Assembly (NCBI GenBank): GCA_009914755.4
Contig: CP068257.2
Coordinates: 7,040,001-7,104,000, forward strand
Source: the human T2T-CHM13v2.0 reference genome, Homo sapiens
Direction of reading: 5' to 3'
DNA: 64,000 bases
A program made the translations under genes and the position numbers. This document shows, one piece after another, positions 61,757-64,000 of the stretch (positions are counted from its first letter, which is position 1; every line of letters starts with the position of its first letter). The notes below the pieces were generated by a model that worked only from the letters and a program-made list of their open reading frames with translations, made no database searches and was not told the DNA's origin.

Positions 61757-64000
61757 GGAATGGAATAGAATGAAATGGAATGGAGTTGAATGGGATGGAA
61801 TGGAATGGAATGGACTCGAATGAAATGGAATGGAATGGAGTCGAATGGAAAAGAACGGACTTGAATGGAATGGAATGGAATGGAAAGGAATGGAATGGAA
61901 TGGACTCAAAAGGAATGGAATGGAATGGACTCAAGTGGAATGGAATGGACTCGAATGCAATAGAATGGAATGGAATGGACTTGAATGGAATGGAATGGAA
62001 TGGAATGGAATGGAATGGACAGGAATGCAATGGAAGGGAATGGAATGGAATGCACTTGAATGGAATAGAATGGAAAGGAATGGAATGGACTGGAGTGATA
62101 TGGAATAGAAAGGACTCGAATGGAATGGAATGGACTATAGTGGAATGGAATGGAATAGAATGGACTCGAATGGAATGGAGTGGAATGGATTCGAATGGAA
62201 TGGAATGGAATTGAATGGATTCTAGTCAAACGGAATGTAATGGTATGGAATGGACGTGAATGGAATGGAATGGAATGGACTCGAATGGAATGAAATGGAA
62301 TGGAATTGACAGGAATAAAATGGAAAGGAAGAGATTGGAACGGATTGGAATGGAAAGGAATGGAATGCAATGGACTCGAATGCAATGGAATGTACTCGAA
62401 TGGAATGGAATGGAATGCAATAGAATGGACTCGAATGGAATAGAGCAGAATTTACTGGATTGGAATCTAATGGTATAGAGTCTAATGGAATGGAATGGAA
62501 TGGATTCGAATGGAATAGAATGGAATGGAATGGACTCGAATGGAATGGAATGGAATGGACAGAAAAGGTATGGAATGGAATGGGATGCAATGGAATTGCC
62601 TGGAGTGGAAGGGAATGGAATGGAGTGGAATGGAACGGAATGGACTTGAAGGGAATAGAATGGAATGGAAAGGAATGGACTCGAATGAAATGGAATGGAA
62701 AGGACTCAAATGCAATAGAATGGATTCGAATGTAATGTAATGTAATGGAATGGACTCGAATGGAATGGACTCAAGAGGAATGGAACGGAGTGGACTCGAA
62801 TGAAATGAAATGCAGGGGAAGGAACTCGAATGGCATGCAATGGAATGGAATAGACTCGAATGGAATGGAATGGAATGGACTCGAATGGAGTGGAAAGGAA
62901 TGGATCCGAATGGAAAGGAGAGGAATGGAATGGAATAGCATGGAATGGAATGGAATGGAATGGAATGGAATGGAATGGAATGGAATAGAATGGAATGGAA
63001 TAGAAGGGAATGGAATGGATTTTAATGGAATGGAATGGAATGGAATGGAATGGACTCGAACGGAGTGGAATGGAATCGAATGGAATGGAATGGAATGGAT
63101 TCGAGTGGAATACAGTGGAATAGTGTCGAATGGAATTCAAATGAATAAACACCAATGGAATGGAATGGACTTGAATGGAAAAGAAAGGAAATGACTCGAG
63201 TGGAATGGAATGGAAAGCAATAGAAAGGAAAGGAAATGACTCGAGTGGAATGGGATGGAATGGAATGGAATGCGCTCGAATGCAATGGAATGGAATTGAC
63301 TCGAATAGAATAGAAAGGAATGGACTCGAATAGAATGGAATGGAATGGAATGGGCTCGAATGCAATGGAGTGAAATGGACTCAAATGGAGTGGAAAGGAC
63401 TTAAATGGACTGGAATCGAATAGAATGCAACGGACTCGAATGGGATGGAATGGAAAGGACACGAATGGAACGGAATGGAATGAAATGGAATGGAATGGAT
63501 TGGAATGGAATGGGATGGAATGGAATGGAATGAAATGCAATGGGATGGTATGGTATGGATTGGAATGGACTTGAATGGAATAGAAAAGGATGGAATGGAA
63601 AGGAATGCATTTAAAAAGAATGGAATGGAATGGAATCCAATGGAATGGAAAGGCCACGAACTGAATGGAATGTAATGGAAGGGAATCGAATGGAATAGAT
63701 TGGAATTTAGTGGAATGGAATCTAATGGAATGGAATGGAATGGATTCGAATGTAATAGAATGGAATGGAATGGATTCGAATGTAATAGAATGGAATGGAA
63801 TGGAAAGGAATGTACTGTAATGGAATGGAATGGAACCAAATGGAATCGAATGGAATGGAATTTAAAAGATTCGATTGGAATGGAATGTACTCAAATGGAA
63901 TGGAATGGAATGGAAACAACTCGAGTGGAATGAAATGGAATGGAATGGAATCAAATGTAATGGAAAGGGATTGAATGGACTCGAATGGAATGGAATGGAA
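61757..64000. repeat. HSat3 / Satellite III written as (GGAAT)n, opposite orientation to the 2266-6025 block; continues past the window end
   Basis: The sequence is tggaatggaatggaatggactcgaatggaatg... throughout. The overlapping ORFs on both strands are artefacts. Confidence 0.95.

Overview
This window is primate, almost certainly human, pericentromeric or acrocentric-type genomic DNA. It is not a prokaryotic locus, so I did not look for operons or defence systems. The six-frame ORF track is dominated by artefacts: stop-free frames in pentameric satellite, in Alu elements and in a GC-rich CpG island. I can support no protein-coding gene.

Layout from left to right:
- 1-2225: an L1 fragment with an internal inversion of the twin-priming type.
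- 2231-2265: a (TG)n(TA)n microsatellite.
- 2266-7487: HSat3 (Satellite III) written as (ATTCC)n, including a diverged CCACT/CCATT sub-domain (6025-7487) that carries ~60-bp Alu fragments.
- 7488-12235: a 68-bp beta-satellite (Sau3A family) array, organised as roughly 1.4 copies of a ~3.4-kb higher-order repeat.
- 12236-15846: a 5'-truncated L1PA element on the + strand (partial ORF2 through 3'UTR and polyA).
- 15.8-61.7 kb: a non-satellite stretch densely populated with Alu SINEs (about 45 copies or fragments), ancient L1M pieces, an LTR-like fragment and several microsatellites. It also holds a ~1.2-kb CpG island (49530-50700), a U2 snRNA-derived retropseudogene fragment (55776-55836), and a complex of inverted and direct segmental duplications (26.5-28.0 kb versus 39.4-42.4 kb, including a local ~0.5-kb-arm palindrome).
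- 61757-64000: a second HSat3 block written as (GGAAT)n, i.e. in the opposite orientation to the first.

The most interesting items are structural: the opposed-orientation HSat3 blocks, the Alu-bearing HSat3 variant, the beta-satellite higher-order repeat, the inverted duplication and palindrome complex, and the CpG-island candidate promoter whose gene I could not identify.
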